The notes beneath the pieces are model-generated. The model searched no databases, had not been told where the DNA came from, and saw only the letters and a program-made list of their open reading frames with translations. A DNA stretch of 63,809 nucleotides, the filler included, from Octopus bimaculoides (Eukaryota): NCBI RefSeq assembly GCF_001194135.2. It is 5 parts of 4 records of this genome, joined end to end, with 100 filler letters (N's around TTAATTAATTAA, not from the genome) between each part and the next. Parts side by side here need not be neighbours in the genome. Positions count along the whole stretch, not along the records: positions 1 to 15,712 come from NC_068982.1; positions 15,813 to 30,844 come from NC_069007.1; 3 more parts are not named here. One strand, given 5' to 3'. This document shows positions 11,760-24,430 of the stretch, in pieces (position 1 is the stretch's first letter; every line of letters begins with the position of its first letter). The position numbers and the translations under genes were made by a program.

Positions 11760-12250
11760 CTGCACAATCTGCAGGTGTTAAATTACGTGAAGGTTTCTTA
11801 AGTAGATATGACCTACATAGTATTAAATTAAGGTACCTGCCAATTTTGTTTTGTATTATTTCGTGTAGGAAAACCCCAGATACTGGTAACTACTACAGAT
11901 TGTGCACACCCACACCACACATGAACTGTAAAATTATGGATGTGGTGTACCATATAAGGTATATGGTTGGGCAGTGAAAGAATACTACAGCTTATGTGAA
12001 AGAAATGGCTACTGTAGTATAGATGAAAAGAAAGGAAAAGTTGCATGAATACAATAAAAAGAAACAGACATATATACTCTAGCAAAATATTATATATTAA
12101 CATGGATCAATAAGCAATCTTGAAATAAATATTCTTTTCATATATCCAAAAGATCAGACGTTCCAGCGGATTACAAAAGTGATACGTATGTTGGAAGCGG
12201 AATCTGAAAACCATCACTTCTTTCAAAGAAAGGATAACGGGAGTAAGAAC
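11760..12250 (+). pseudogene. Highly decayed PLE GIY-YIG region
   Basis: NCKIMDVVYHI..GQ*KNTTAYVKE aligns with the linker/GIY part of the 14740 and 31540 relics. Confidence 0.45.
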
Positions 12251-12309
12251 AATCACAGAACTATCAACAACTACACATACACGCGCGCGCGCTCTTGCTC
12301 TCTCTCTCT

Positions 12310-12345
<36 letters not shown>

Positions 12346-13826
12346 TCTCTCTCTCACACACACACAGAAATACACACTCACTAACTCAGACTCACATACA
12401 TAGACACACAAACAAGCACATTCATAAACCTCAGCCAGATAAAAATCGGACAGACTGAAAATCAAGCAATAAAAATACAACATACATGCATATACTTGAG
12501 AATATAACAAATACAGAAGAAAACATTCAGTCGGTGAGCGGGAAGTCATTGGAAAGGAGCAGTGTGGCATAACGAAAAACTAATCAATAATTAAAAAATA
12601 TTTCACAATAAAAATCAAATAAGCTATAATTTGTGCTAATATATTCTTTGAGGTCAAGATATTAGAGAATCTCTGATGAGGTGTTAAGCTATGAATCTAG
12701 TCCGTTCGATCTCTTTTTCTAGCGACAGATACAAAAATATGTGCTTCAACTCACACAGAGAGGTTAAACTAAATATTTACTGAAAACAAATCCTCGTACT
12801 GCTTACCTCACATGCATATAAAATACAATACAAAGTAAGCACATTCTTACAAACAGACAAATATATTCACACTCATATTATCTCTTCATATACAAAGACT
12901 GACATGTTCAGGCGTAGAAAAGTAGTATCCAAGATTTTCACCAAGAAATTGTAGAAGGTGAAAACTATCCTCAGCTCAAAGATTTGGCCTAATATTTTTA
13001 ACAATAGCCTCTCTTAAAGACACCAAAGGAATAGTAGCATAAGTAGTCTTCAAGTGATAAACGGATGACATCTGCCACCCAAAACAACATACATTTTATC
13101 CAGTGGATACCATCTATGTAGTTTCTCTCACATGGCTAAGGTATACCGTAGGCTAAATTTACACGTTAAAAGTAGTACTAAGAAGAAATTTAATCAAATA
13201 TAATTGTGTAACAACAGAAAATCAAAGAGATATGATTAAAAATTCAGTAAATATGCTGTTGGCCAGAATTAATTGTGGTTTAAAATATTTAAAGAACTGA
13301 GGTCGGTTTAGTAATGTTTTATTGCTAGTTTTCAACATTTTCTACTAAAGTAATTACTGAAAATGTTGGTACATCAAACATAGAGGATTTGCTCCGAGCT
13401 GCAGCAATGTTAGAATAGAACGTATCTTTTATCATGCTGCCATTTTGAAAGTCTGTTGCATACGTTGTGTTTTTAATTAATTCATTACAGCGGAATTTTA
13501 GAATTCATTTTGATTTGCTATCTACTTAAAATTAACGAATATGCAGAGGTTTTGAAACTATAATTAGAAACAATGTAAGAGGATAAAAGACAACATAAAA
13601 CTTAAAATTTAGCAAATTACTACCTTCTAAAATTTAATTTAGTAATTGAATCAACATACATACAAACAAATAAATACAAGTAATTCTTTTATTCTCTCTC
13701 TCTCACTCACTCAATTTATCTGTCCTTTACTGCTTCCCTCTCTCTATCTCTATATATGTATGCATGTAGAAGCCAGTGTGTAAAAAAATTCGTAAGGGAA
13801 ATTTCTATTCCCAAGAATATAATTAT

Positions 13827-14329
13827 TCGTTTATATTTATATAAAGGGCATTATTACAGAAAAATAACAACGCCACACAGTGGACTTGTAAAAGAGTTTT
13901 ATCCCTTTTTGAATTTATTTATCAAATATTTGCACGGAATATATTCAATGTTGAATTTTTATTCCTGTCTCCACACGTGTACCCAAAAGCAACCCGGAAG
14001 TATTCCCGCTTCTTTGATGAAAATATATACAGATCAACTTCATTCCCTTTACTCTGTCGAATACGTAGTGTGTTCGTTTTTGGTGAGGTGAGAATTCTGT
14101 TTATTTATATAAATTTTTGGTACAATACTGTGCTGATGAACGAAATCTAGATTCATTCTAGTAATCGCGAAATCGGTCGATACACAGTTAAGTTTATTTA
14201 AAAGAAAGTTGGTAGCTTTCTGTTGGTTGTTTTTCCTCGCATTAGGTACTAAATGTGGTTATTTTGAGAAGTCCACTGTGTGGCGTTGTTATTTTTCTGT
14301 AATAATACCCTTTATATAAATATAAACGA
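13827..14329. mobile_element. ~500-bp element with 61-bp inverted ends and an internal hammerhead (PLE-derived, inferred)
   Basis: 13827-13887 vs 14269-14329 differ by one mismatch. The right end abuts a 10-N gap. Confidence 0.65.
14127..14188 (+). ncRNA. Type I hammerhead ribozyme with canonical core
   Basis: ACTGTG-CTGATGA-[stem II: CGA/TCG plus CTAGA/TCTAG]-GAA-ATCG(GT)CGAT-A-CACAGT. Stem I is 6 bp perfect, stem III is 3-4 bp. AUA cleavage site after 14182. Confidence 0.75.
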
Positions 14330-14689
14330 NNNNNNNNNNGAGAGAGAGAGAGAGAGAGGGGGGAGTTGACAGCAGCAGACAACAAAAGATATTCTGCTTG
14401 TACCTTTTATCTAACTCGGTATTTCAAATGGTTTAAAATAAGATGGGACAAACCATGCTAGTATTGTAAAGTATAGCTTGGATTTAGTAAAAGCTACTAT
14501 CTTCGAAGTCACTAACAATAAAATTACTAATATATCTGACTCCACAGTTGTAGTAAAACCACTCAAAGTTAACAATTACAATATCTATTCATGTAGAAAT
14601 ATTCAAACATATATATATTGAAAGGACTAAGAAGAAAATAGGGAAGGCCAACTCATGGTCTGATAGCCACAAATACCAGAGTGTCATGT

Positions 14690-15712
14690 TCGTCGACACC
14701 TCCCCTAGAGGCGAACTGGCGTACCATTTCAGAAGGGCCCCTAGACAAACACAAGCTAAGAATTAAGGTTGTAGAAAGGCTAGGTAACCCTATCAAATCC
14801 CTAATCGGTAGAACCTACCCTTTTAGTAGAACTCCCTGTTCTACTAGGAACTGTATTGTATGTAGATTTAGCCCACAGGGAAAGTGTAAAGCTAGGGATG
14901 TAGTCTATAGTATATGATGTACAGAGGGACGGTGCAGTAACAAGACAACGACGGAGGGGAGACAGCACGGAGCATATGAGAGCGGGTAAATGTTCATTGG
15001 TGGGAACTTAAGGAAGAGAAGAGCTCATCGGTTCTATACCAGCACGCCGAACAAGAACACGGGGTCTCACTCAACAACATAGAAGTTAAAATCTTGTCCA
15101 CACATAAAACAGACGCAACGCTTAGACAAATTACGGAAGTTCACACATAATAGAAGATAAACCTAGCCTGAATAGAAAACTAGAATGGAATACTAGCACC
15201 CCGTCACACAACCTATGACAGAATAAGATCCCCATAAACTGATTACACCATACACAGATAAATAAATGGAATTAGATAACTATACACATAAACAAAATAA
15301 ATTAAATTAAATTAATACAAAAAAGAAAGAAAAGAAATACAAAGTAAGTAGATATAAACAAATGCATAAAATTAATGAAAGTAAATTAAACGAACGTATA
15401 CAAACAGGAGATACTGAAAATGCAGACACCATATACCTTCCCCCACACGTACACTTACTAAACGTAGATAACACAAGGGTATACGCATGCACAAATAAAG
15501 ATGCATACAGCAAGAATACAAAATGGCAGATCGTTAGTAAGGAGAGACACACAAAAAAAGAAAGAAGAAAGCAAAGGACCAGTGATGAGGTCACAGAAGT
15601 GTGACGAAAGAGCTCTAGCCGAAATACAATTAATATAAAATAAATCTGAAGCACGTGAACACCAAATGTATAGTGTGTATGTTTCCATAAGCTAAACTGG
15701 CAAATACATACA
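14690..15712 (+). mobile_element. 3' part of a Penelope-like element (GIY-YIG relic, A-rich 3' region, HHR-like motif)
   Basis: LDKHKLRIKVVERLGNPIKSLIGRTYPF..PC..NCIVC...CKARDVVYSI*C...GETARS..ERV..H...LYQHAEQEH...TLRQITE...NRKLEW. Confidence 0.8.
15576..15620 (+). ncRNA. Decayed hammerhead-like motif
   Basis: GGACCA-GTGATGA-G-GTCACA(GAAG)TGTGAC-GAAAGAGCTC-TAGCC. Stem II is 6 bp perfect; C3 is G; stem I is degraded. Confidence 0.45.
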
Positions 15713-15812
15713 NNNNNNNNNNNNNNNNNNNNNNNNNNNNNNNNNNNNNNNNNNNNTTAATTAATTAANNNNNNNNNNNNNNNNNNNNNNNNNNNNNNNN
15801 NNNNNNNNNNNN
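15713..15812. other. Artificial assembly linker N44-TTAATTAATTAA-N44
   Basis: Exactly 100 bp with stops in all six frames. The same structure occurs four times. Confidence 0.95.
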
Positions 15813-16189
15813 ACCACCACCACCACCACCACCACCACCACCACTGCCTGTTTCTGGCATCTCAGATCAGCCAGCTATAAAACAGTAGCGAAGAAGCACT
15901 AATAGTGCCAAGCCAACCATAGCCACCACCACTACCCATCACCTTCCTCACCTCTGCGTCTGTATATTTGTCATGATGCTTGTCTGTCTGTACATATGTC
16001 TGTCTGTCTGTCTGTTTGTGTGTTTGGGTGTGGGTGTGTGAGCAGGTGTGTTTGTGTCTGTTTGTCCCTCTATTTTTTTTAAACTTCTCTCTTTTTTTCT
16101 TTTTTTTTTTTTTAATTTTTTTTTTTTTTTGTTTTGTTTCTCAATTCTTGTCTCTTCTCTGCTTTTCCTCTTTAGAAAGCCCAGCTGCA

Positions 16190-16190
16190 A

Positions 16191-16230
<40 letters not shown>

Positions 16231-16395
16231 CTATCATCACTACCACCATCAGCATCATCATCGTCATCTTCACCATTTTTGTCATCATCATCATTACTAT
16301 TGTCATCACCACCACCACTATCATCATCATCATCTTTACCATTTCATCATCATCAATTACCACCACCACTACCACCACTACCACCACATTACTCC
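16190..16395. repeat. (CAT/CAC)n low-complexity tract
   Basis: Direct reading. Source of the poly-His ORF. Confidence 0.9.
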
Positions 16396-16829
16396 CACAG
16401 CCATTACATCTTGCTCCTTTCACATGCACACACCCACAAGCTGCACACAGTGATGCAATGCAGTGCACTAAAATGCACTTTCATGTGTTGCTGAATTACA
16501 CATTGCACCTGACACACTTGATATTGCTGCACTAGACAAACGCTTTTTAGAGACAGCTAGCATACTTACATATATGCACACACACACACATATATANNNN
16601 NNNNNNNNNNNNNNNNNNNNNNNNNNNNNNNNNNNNNNNNNNNNNNNNNNNNNNNNNNNNNNNNNNNNNNNNNNNNNNNNNNNNNNNNNNNNNNNNGTCA
16701 AATGACTGAAACAAGTAAAAGAGAGTAAAGAGTATATATTTATATAAATATCAATTTAAAATACATTATGAAAGATCCACCAATAGTTTCATCCTTTTAT
16801 GATACTTTAACTAGGCACTTTTATAAAAT

Positions 16830-17300
16830 ATGCCATGTATCTCCAAGCAATTTTTCAGGCTCTGTGTATGTGTTAGATATATTTTGAAAACAATGATGCA
16901 TGAAACTGTTAGTAGCTCTTTTGTTTGTGTATTAAATTGATATTATCTCTCCCTGGATGAGTACTTTTTTTGTTGATTCTATCTATATTGGATTTAATAA
17001 CTAATAAATCAGCCAATAGCTGCTTATAAGGTGGAATCCTTTGGGACATAAATACTTGTTTGATACTATTAAGATCTTTATCAAATTGACCATTACATTT
17101 ATTTTTCTTATCGAAATAATATGCATGCCACCCCATGCGATAATTAAGTGAATTAGTCTTATCGATAAGAACATAAAGAAAGTTAGGAGGTATGAGATGA
17201 ATGTATTTATTTCACCAGTTGATATCCATATATTGCAGAGTTGAAGAATGGATGTAACCATGACATTGTGTGGATCTGAAGAGCTAGCCTTTTGTACCTA
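16830..17300 (-). pseudogene. Decayed PLE reverse-transcriptase thumb region
   Basis: ...STGEINTFISYL...FDKDLNSIKQVFMSQRIPP resembles the PLE pattern T.TG.YL.F.S...F..EL..IK..F..NGYP. Weak. Confidence 0.45.
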
Positions 17301-17426
17301 TATTAGTTTGTAATATGTACATTTGTACACTAGTGCAGACATAATCGTAATCTTATAAATATCAACTGTTGAAATAAATATATTCATCTCCTACTTTCTG
17401 GCGTTTTTTATGTTATATTATTTTAC

Positions 17427-17468
17427 TCTCTCTTTCTCTCTCTCTCTCTCTATTTCTCTCTTTCTCTT

Positions 17469-17499
<31 letters not shown>

Positions 17500-17542
17500 T
17501 TCTCTCTCTCACTCTCTCTCTTTCTCTCTATCTCTCTCTCTT

Positions 17543-17573
<31 letters not shown>

Positions 17574-17585
17574 TTCTCTCTCCTC

Positions 17586-17641
<56 letters not shown>

Positions 17642-17660
17642 TACACACATACACACACAT
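17427..17660. repeat. (CT)n/(CTTT) microsatellite
   Basis: Direct reading. Confidence 0.95.
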
Positions 17661-18576
17661 GTATAACGATGCTGATGGTGCTGGTGATGATGAAATGATG
17701 ATGGTGATGGTGCTGGTAGCAGTGATGGTGATGATGATAATATAAAAGTACATAGACATATATTTATTTTTCAAATTCTGTGTTACCGTTTCATACTATA
17801 AATCATTGAAAAATCAAATATATTCTTGTTTTTAAGTTTATTTTATTTTATTGCTTTTTACCTGTTTTTGAAGGTGAAATTCCACAGACTCTGTNNNNNN
17901 NNNNNNNNNNNNNNNNNNNNNNNNNNNNNNNNNNNNNNNNNNNNNNNNNNNNNNNNNNNNNNNNNNNNNNNNNNNNNNNNNNNNNNNNNNNNNNNNNNNN
18001 NNNNNNNNNNNNNNNNNNNNNNNNNNNNNNNNNNNNNNNNNNNNNNNNNNNNNNNNNNNNNNNNNNNNNNNNNNNNNNNNNNNNNNNNNNNNNNNNNNNN
18101 NNNNNNNNNNNNNNNNNNNNNNNNNNNNNNNNNNNNNNNNNNNNNNNNNNNNNNNNNNNNNNNNNNNNNNNNNNNNNNNNNNNNNNNNNNNNNNNNNNNN
18201 NNNNNNNNNNNNNNNNNNNNNNNNNNNNNNNNNNNNNNNNNNNNNNNNNNNNNNNNNNNNNNNNNNNNNNNNNNNNNNNNNNNNNNNNNNNNNNNNNNNN
18301 NNNNNNNNNNNNNNNNNNNNNNNNNNNNNNNNNNNNNNNNNNNNNNNNNNNNNNNNNNNNNNNNNNNNNNNNNNNNNNNNNNNNNNNNNNNNNNNNNNNN
18401 NNNNNNNNNNNNNNNNNNNNNNNNNNNNNNNNNNNNNNNNNNNNNNNNNNNNNNNNNNNNNNNNNNNNNNNNNNNNNNNNNNNNNNNNNNNNNNNNNNNN
18501 NNNNNNNNNNNNNNNNNNNNNNNNNNNNNNNNNNNNNNNNNNNNNNNNNNNNNNNNNNNNNNNNNNNNNNNNNNNT

Positions 18577-18862
18577 TCGATGACAGCACCGCATGACTGG
18601 CATACGTGGTAGTAGAGCGCTAAGAGCACCATCCAGGTGTGGTCGTTGCCAGTACCGCCTGACTAGCCCTCATGCTGGTGGAACATTAAAGCACCCACTA
18701 CACTCTCGGAGTGACTGGCTTTAAGAAGGGCATCCAGCTGTAGAAACTCTGCCAATTCAGATTGGAGCCTGGTGTAGCCATATGGCTCGCAGATCCTCAG
18801 TCAAATCGTCCAACCCATGCCAGCATGGAAAGCAGACGTTAAAAGATGATGATGATGATGAT
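18577..18862 (+). mobile_element. SINE family D with (GAT)n tail
   Basis: GGGCATCCAGCTGTAGAAACTCTGCC...CCCATGCCAGCATGGAAAGCAGACGTTAAAAGATGATGAT. Recurs inverted at 20511, 25520, 25881 and 27835. Confidence 0.85.
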
Positions 18863-18869
18863 ATATATT

Positions 18870-19598
18870 TTATTGATATGTGTTTGTGTGTGTGTCCATA
18901 TGTAGATATCATTTCTTCACATATGCGTGATTATGTATGTTTATGTGTGTGTATGTATGTCTGTGTGAATATGTAGGTGTACATATTTCTACTTATGCGC
19001 ATATGTTTTAATCTGTTTGTGTGTGTGTATGATTCTTGCATGCGTACATGTATGTATGTACCTGATGAATGTGTATATGTCCATGATTGTATGTGTGTGT
19101 GTCTCTTGGTGTGTGTGTGTGTGTGTGTGTGTACGTGTGTGTGTGTGAGTATATCTTTGCCTTTGTGTGTATCTATGTGTGTACATCTTTATCTCACACA
19201 AAAGCGCACACATCCATACATTAATGCATAGACACACATACAAGCACATGCACACAAGGATGCGCATATACATATACACAAACGCATGCATAAAGATATA
19301 CACATACACGCAAACATACATTAAGACACACATACACACATGCACATACACACAGATGTATGCACATAAAGACACACATACACACACACACGCATGAAAA
19401 CATGTACATACTCACACACATACATTAAGACACACATACACATACATGTACACGCACACTCAAGACACATACATGAAGATGCACACACACACACACATGC
19501 ACATACAAATACACACACACATACACACATACAAATACACATATACACACACACATGCACATACAAATACACACACACACACACACATGCACATACAA

Positions 19599-19642
<44 letters not shown>

Positions 19643-19745
19643 ATATGCACACACACACACACATACACATGCAAATACACATATGCACACACACATGCAC
19701 ATGCAAATACACACACATACACACACACATGCACACCTGCGTGGG
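18870..19745. repeat. Degenerate (TG)n then (CA)n-derived satellite
   Basis: Direct reading. Confidence 0.9.
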
Positions 19746-20124
19746 ATGCTGCATAGTTATCTTCCGACATCAAAACACATCGATTTTGTAAGGTAGCAAC
19801 CTCAACATGCAAGCATTATTGTATCATATTAGTGCTACTGCTGCTGCTGTGAATATTGTTGTTGTTGGTGGTGTTGTTGTTGTTGTTGTTGTTGTTGTTA
19901 CTATTGCTCTAGTTATTGATATTATTAATATTACTGTTGTTGTTGTTGTGCTGCAGCTGTGGATGCTAATGTCAAACTATATTGATTAGGATGACAGAGT
20001 TGGTTGTAGTCATATTGACAATGAAGATAAGGATGCTGACGATGGTGACAGTGATGGTGATGATGATGGTGATGATGACGGAGATGGTGGTGGTAGTGGT
20101 GGTGAGGATGCGTTATGGATATCA

Positions 20125-20191
<67 letters not shown>

Positions 20192-20510
20192 NNNNNNNNN
20201 NNNNNNNNNNNNNNNNNNNNNNNNNNNNNNNNNNNNNNNNNNNNNNNNNNNNNNNNNNNNNNNNNNNNNNNNNNNNNNNNNNNNNNNNNNNNNNNNNNNN
20301 NNNNNNNNNNNNNNNNNNNNNNNNNNNNNNNNNNNNNNNNNNNNNNNNNNNNNNNNNNNNNNNNNNNNNNNNNNNNNNNNNNNNNNNNNCCCACTGTGTG
20401 ACATTTTGGGCAAGTGTCTTCTGCCATAGCCTTGGGCCGACCAAAGCCTTGTAAGTGGATTTGGTAGACGGAAACTGAAAGAAGCCCGTCGTATATATGT
20501 ATATATATAT

Positions 20511-20760
20511 CATCATCATCATCATCATCATCGTTTAACGTCCGCTTTCCATGCTAGCATGGGTGGGACGATTTGACTGAGGACTGGTGGACCAGGTGGA
20601 TACACCAGGCTCCAATCTGATTTGGCAGAGTTTCTACAGCTGGATGCCCTTCCTAACGCCAACCATTCCGAGAGTGTAGTGGGTGCTTTTACGTGCCACT
20701 GGCACGAAGGCCAGTCAGGCAGTACTGGCAACGGCCACTCTTGAAATGGTGTATTTTATG
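20511..20760 (-). mobile_element. SINE family D
   Basis: Reverse complement of the 18577 copy, with (CAT)n at the left end. Confidence 0.85.
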
Positions 20761-20804
20761 TGCCTATATATATACACACGTGTGTGTGTGTGTGTGTGTG
20801 TGTA

Positions 20805-21012
20805 TGTTTGTTTGTGTGTCTGTGTTTGTTCCCCCAGCATCGCTTGACAACTGATGCTGGTGTTATTACGTGCCCGTAACTTAGCGGTTCGGCAAAAGAG
20901 ACCGATAGAATAAGTACTAGGCTTACAAAGAATAAGTCCTGGGGTTGATTTGCTCGACTAAAGGCGGTGCTCCAGCATGGCCACAGTCAAATGACTGTAA
21001 CAAGTAAAAGAG
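20805..21012 (+). mobile_element. SINE family A tail module
   Basis: CATCGCTTGACAAC...GATAGAATAAGTACT...CAGCATGGCCACAGTCAAATGACTG. Confidence 0.85.
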
Positions 21013-21080
21013 TGTACATAAACACATCGATACAAACGCATACACACACCCACACATAGACACAAACATGCATATGTATT

Positions 21081-21114
<34 letters not shown>

Positions 21115-21164
21115 CACTATGTATGCATATGGTGAGAAGAATTGTAAGCCATGGCTCTGTAACA

Positions 21165-21206
<42 letters not shown>

Positions 21207-21489
21207 TGACCAGCATCTCTCATTGTTTCTTTTTCTCTTTTTTTCTCTCCAGGATGCATGGTGGGGGAAGGACTATGTGGTGCAAAAGAAAGTTGCATTG
21301 ATGGTAAGTATCGCTGTTGTTATACACCTTATTATACACCCTGTACATTATTAAACACCCTATTTTCATATAAACATTCCGGTTACCACTTGTTTACAAA
21401 AGCAGTCAATCTCTTCAATTAGTAAATACCATCAGGACCAGCAAGTCCGTGTTTGGACAAACGGGCCTTAATACAGATGTTACAAACAT

Positions 21490-21862
21490 TGTTGTTGTTG
21501 TTGGCACTCCGTCGCTTACGATGTCGAAGGGTTCCAGTTGATCCGATCAATGGAACAGCCTGCTCGTGAAATTAACGTGCAAGTGGCTGAGTACTCCACA
21601 GATACGTGTACCCTTAACATAGTTCTCGGGGGATATTCAGCATGACACAGTGTGACAAGGCTGACCCTTTGAATTACAGGCACAACAGAAACAGGAAGTA
21701 AAGAGTGAGAGAAAGTTGTGGCCAAAGAGTACAACAGGGTTCGCCACCATCCCCTGCCAGAGCCTCGTGGAGCTTTTAGGTGTTTTCGCACAGTAAACAC
21801 TCACAACGCCCGGTCTGGGAATCGAAACCGCGATCCTATGACCACGAGTTTGCTGCCCTAAC
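21490..21862 (-). mobile_element. SINE family C (5' end lost in gap)
   Basis: Reverse complement of 23501-23890, with a (CAA)n tail. Confidence 0.9.
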
Positions 21863-22699
21863 NNNNNNNNNNNNNNNNNNNNNNNNNNNNNNNNNNNNNN
21901 NNNNNNNNNNNNNNNNNNNNNNNNNNNNNNNNNNNNNNNNNNNNNNNNNNNNNNNNNNNNNNNNNNNNNNNNNNNNNNNNNNNNNNNNNNNNNNNNNNNN
22001 NNNNNNNNNNNNNNNNNNNNNNNNNNNNNNNNNNNNNNNNNNNNNNNNNNNNNNNNNNNNNNNNNNNNNNNNNNNNNNNNNNNNNNNNNNNNNNNNNNNN
22101 NNNNNNNNNNNNNNNNNNNNNNNNNNNNNNNNNNNNNNNNNNNNNNNNNNNNNNNNNNNNNNNNNNNNNNNNNNNNNNNNNNNNNNNNNNNNNNNNNNNN
22201 NNNNNNNNNNNNNNNNNNNNNNNNNNNNNNNNNNNNNNNNNNNNNNNNNNNNNNNNNNNNNNNNNNNNNNNNNNNNNNNNNNNNNNNNNNNNNNNNNNNN
22301 NNNNNNNNNNNNNNNNNNNNNNNNNNNNNNNNNNNNNNNNNNNNNNNNNNNNNNNNNNNNNNNNNNNNNNNNNNNNNNNNNNNNNNNNNNNNNNNNNNNN
22401 NNNNNNNNNNNNNNNNNNNNNNNNNNNNNNNNNNNNNNNNNNNNNNNNNNNNNNNNNNNNNNNNNNNNNNNNNNNNNNNNNNNNNNNNNNNNNNNNNNNN
22501 NNNNNNNNNNNNNNNNNNGTGTGGCGTGGTGTGTGTGTGGTGTTTGTGTGTGGTGTTTGTGTGTGGTTTGTGTGTGTGGTGTGTGTTTGATGTTTGTGTG
22601 TGTGGTGTTTGTGTGTGGTGTGTGTGGTGGTGGTGTGTGTGTGTGTGTGTGGTGTATGTGTGGTGTGTGTGTGTGTTATGGTGGTGGTGTGTGTGTGTG

Positions 22700-23063
22700 T
22701 GTGTGGTAAGAAGTTTGCTTCCCAACTATATGGTTTTGGGTTTGGTCCATCTGTGTGGCATCTTGGGTAAGTATTTTCTGCTGTAGCCATGGGCTGGCCA
22801 AAGCCTTGTGAGTGGATGTGGCAGATGGAAACTGAAAAATGCCCATTGTATATATGTGTGTGTGTGTGTGTGTGTGTTTGACCCCCACCACCGCTTGGTG
22901 TGTTTACATCTACATAACTTAGCAGTTCAGCAAAAGACATTGATAGAATAAGTACCAGGCTTAACAAAATATTAATCAGTCCTTGGGTCAATTCATTTGA
23001 CTGAAACCCTTCAAAGTGGTGCCCCAGCATGGCCACAGTCTAATGACTGAAACATGTAAAAGC
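22700..23063 (+). mobile_element. SINE family A (head, microsatellite, tail)
   Basis: Same bipartite layout as 24683-25085. Confidence 0.8.
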
Positions 23064-23106
23064 TATGTATGTGTGTGTGTACGTGTGTGTGTGTGTGTGT
23101 ACGTGT

Positions 23107-23137
<31 letters not shown>

Positions 23138-23500
23138 CATGGTGATTGCTACTTTGTCAGAGAAGAAGTCCCTCTCTTCAATTAGTAAATGCAGTCACGA
23201 GATCTCATGTTGCTAGCCAGTCCATCTTTGGACAAACTGACCCTACTGTGGATAATACAGGGAAGTGTCTGGGGGTTGAAGTGAAGTCCTGGTTAAAAAG
23301 TCCTTGTCTCGTGATGGATTGTTCGATCCTCCGTGTTCAAAATGCTTTGCAACCATTGCAGATTATATCTTTCTAAACTGATCAATGATGGAAAAATCAA
23401 TATAAATACAAACATACATTCATGCATAAATATATTCAGTAATACACACCTGCATTCATATACACGTGCATACACAGATACTTATATACAGGTGCAGGCA

Positions 23501-23891
23501 GTGGAGGCGCAATGACCCAGTGGTTAGGGCAGCGGACTCGCGGTCGTAGGATTGCGGTTTCGATTCCCAGACCGAGCGTTGTGAGTGTTTATTGAGCGAA
23601 AACACCTAAAGCTCCACGCGGCTCTGGCAGGGGATGGTGGCGAACCCTGCTGTACTCTTCCACCACAACTTTCTCTCACTCTTTCTTCCTGTTTCTGTTG
23701 TACCTGTAATTCAAAGGGTCAACATTGTCACACTCTGTGTCACGCTGAATATCTCCGAGAACTACGTTAAGGGTACACGTGTCTGTGGAGTGCTCAGCCA
23801 CTTGCACATTAATTTCATGAGCAGGTTGTTCCGTTGATCGGATCAAGTGGAACCCTCGACGTCGTAAGCGACGGAGTGCCAACCAACCACC
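23501..23891 (+). mobile_element. SINE family C, full length, 13-bp TSD
   Basis: tRNA-like head TGACCCAGTGGTTAGGGCAGCGGACTCGCGG...GGTTTCGATTCCC. TSD ACAGGTGCAGGCA at 23488-23500 and 23892-23904. Confidence 0.9.
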
Positions 23892-24430
23892 ACAGGTGCA
23901 GGCATGATTGTGTAGTAAGAAGCTGGCTTCCCAATCACATGGTCTTGGGTTCAGTCCTACTGCAAGGTACCTTGGGTGAGTGTCTTCAGGCTGAGAGAAG
24001 CCTTGTGAGTGGATTTGGTGGATGGAAACTGAAAGAAGCTCAAGGCGGCAAGCTGCCAGAATCGGTAGCACGCCGGGCGAAATGCTTAGAGGTATTTCGT
24101 CTGCCGCTACGTTCTGAGTTCAAATTCCGCCGAGGTCGACTTTGCCTTTCATCCTTTTGGGGTCGATTAAATAAGTACCAGTTACAGACTGGGGTTGATG
24201 TAGTTACTTAATCCCTTTGTTTGTCCTTGTTTGTCCCCTCTATGTTTAGCCCCTTGTGGGCGATAAAGAAATAAGGAAACTGAAAGAAGCTCATTGTATA
24301 TATGTATATATATCTATGTGTGTGTGTCTTTATGTCTGTTTGTTCCCCACCATCGCTTGACGATTGGTGTGTTTATGTCCCTGTAACTTAGTGGTTTGAC
24401 AAAAGAAACCAATAGAATAAGTACCAGAAG
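23892..24430 (+). mobile_element. SINE family A copy interrupted by family B
   Basis: Family A head at 23892-24042 resumes at 24275. Confidence 0.8.
24043..24274 (+). mobile_element. SINE family B, 19-bp TSD
   Basis: TSD GGAAACTGAAAGAAGCTCA at 24024-24042 and 24275-24293. Confidence 0.9.

Noticed and set aside
12667-12708. CTGATGA...GAATCTAGTC hammerhead-like string
   Set aside because: A15.1 is missing and stems I and II do not pair convincingly.
23501-23575. tRNA-like heads of families A, B, C and E as tRNA genes
   Set aside because: They continue into repeated bodies with tails and TSDs and lack a complete cloverleaf. They are SINE heads.
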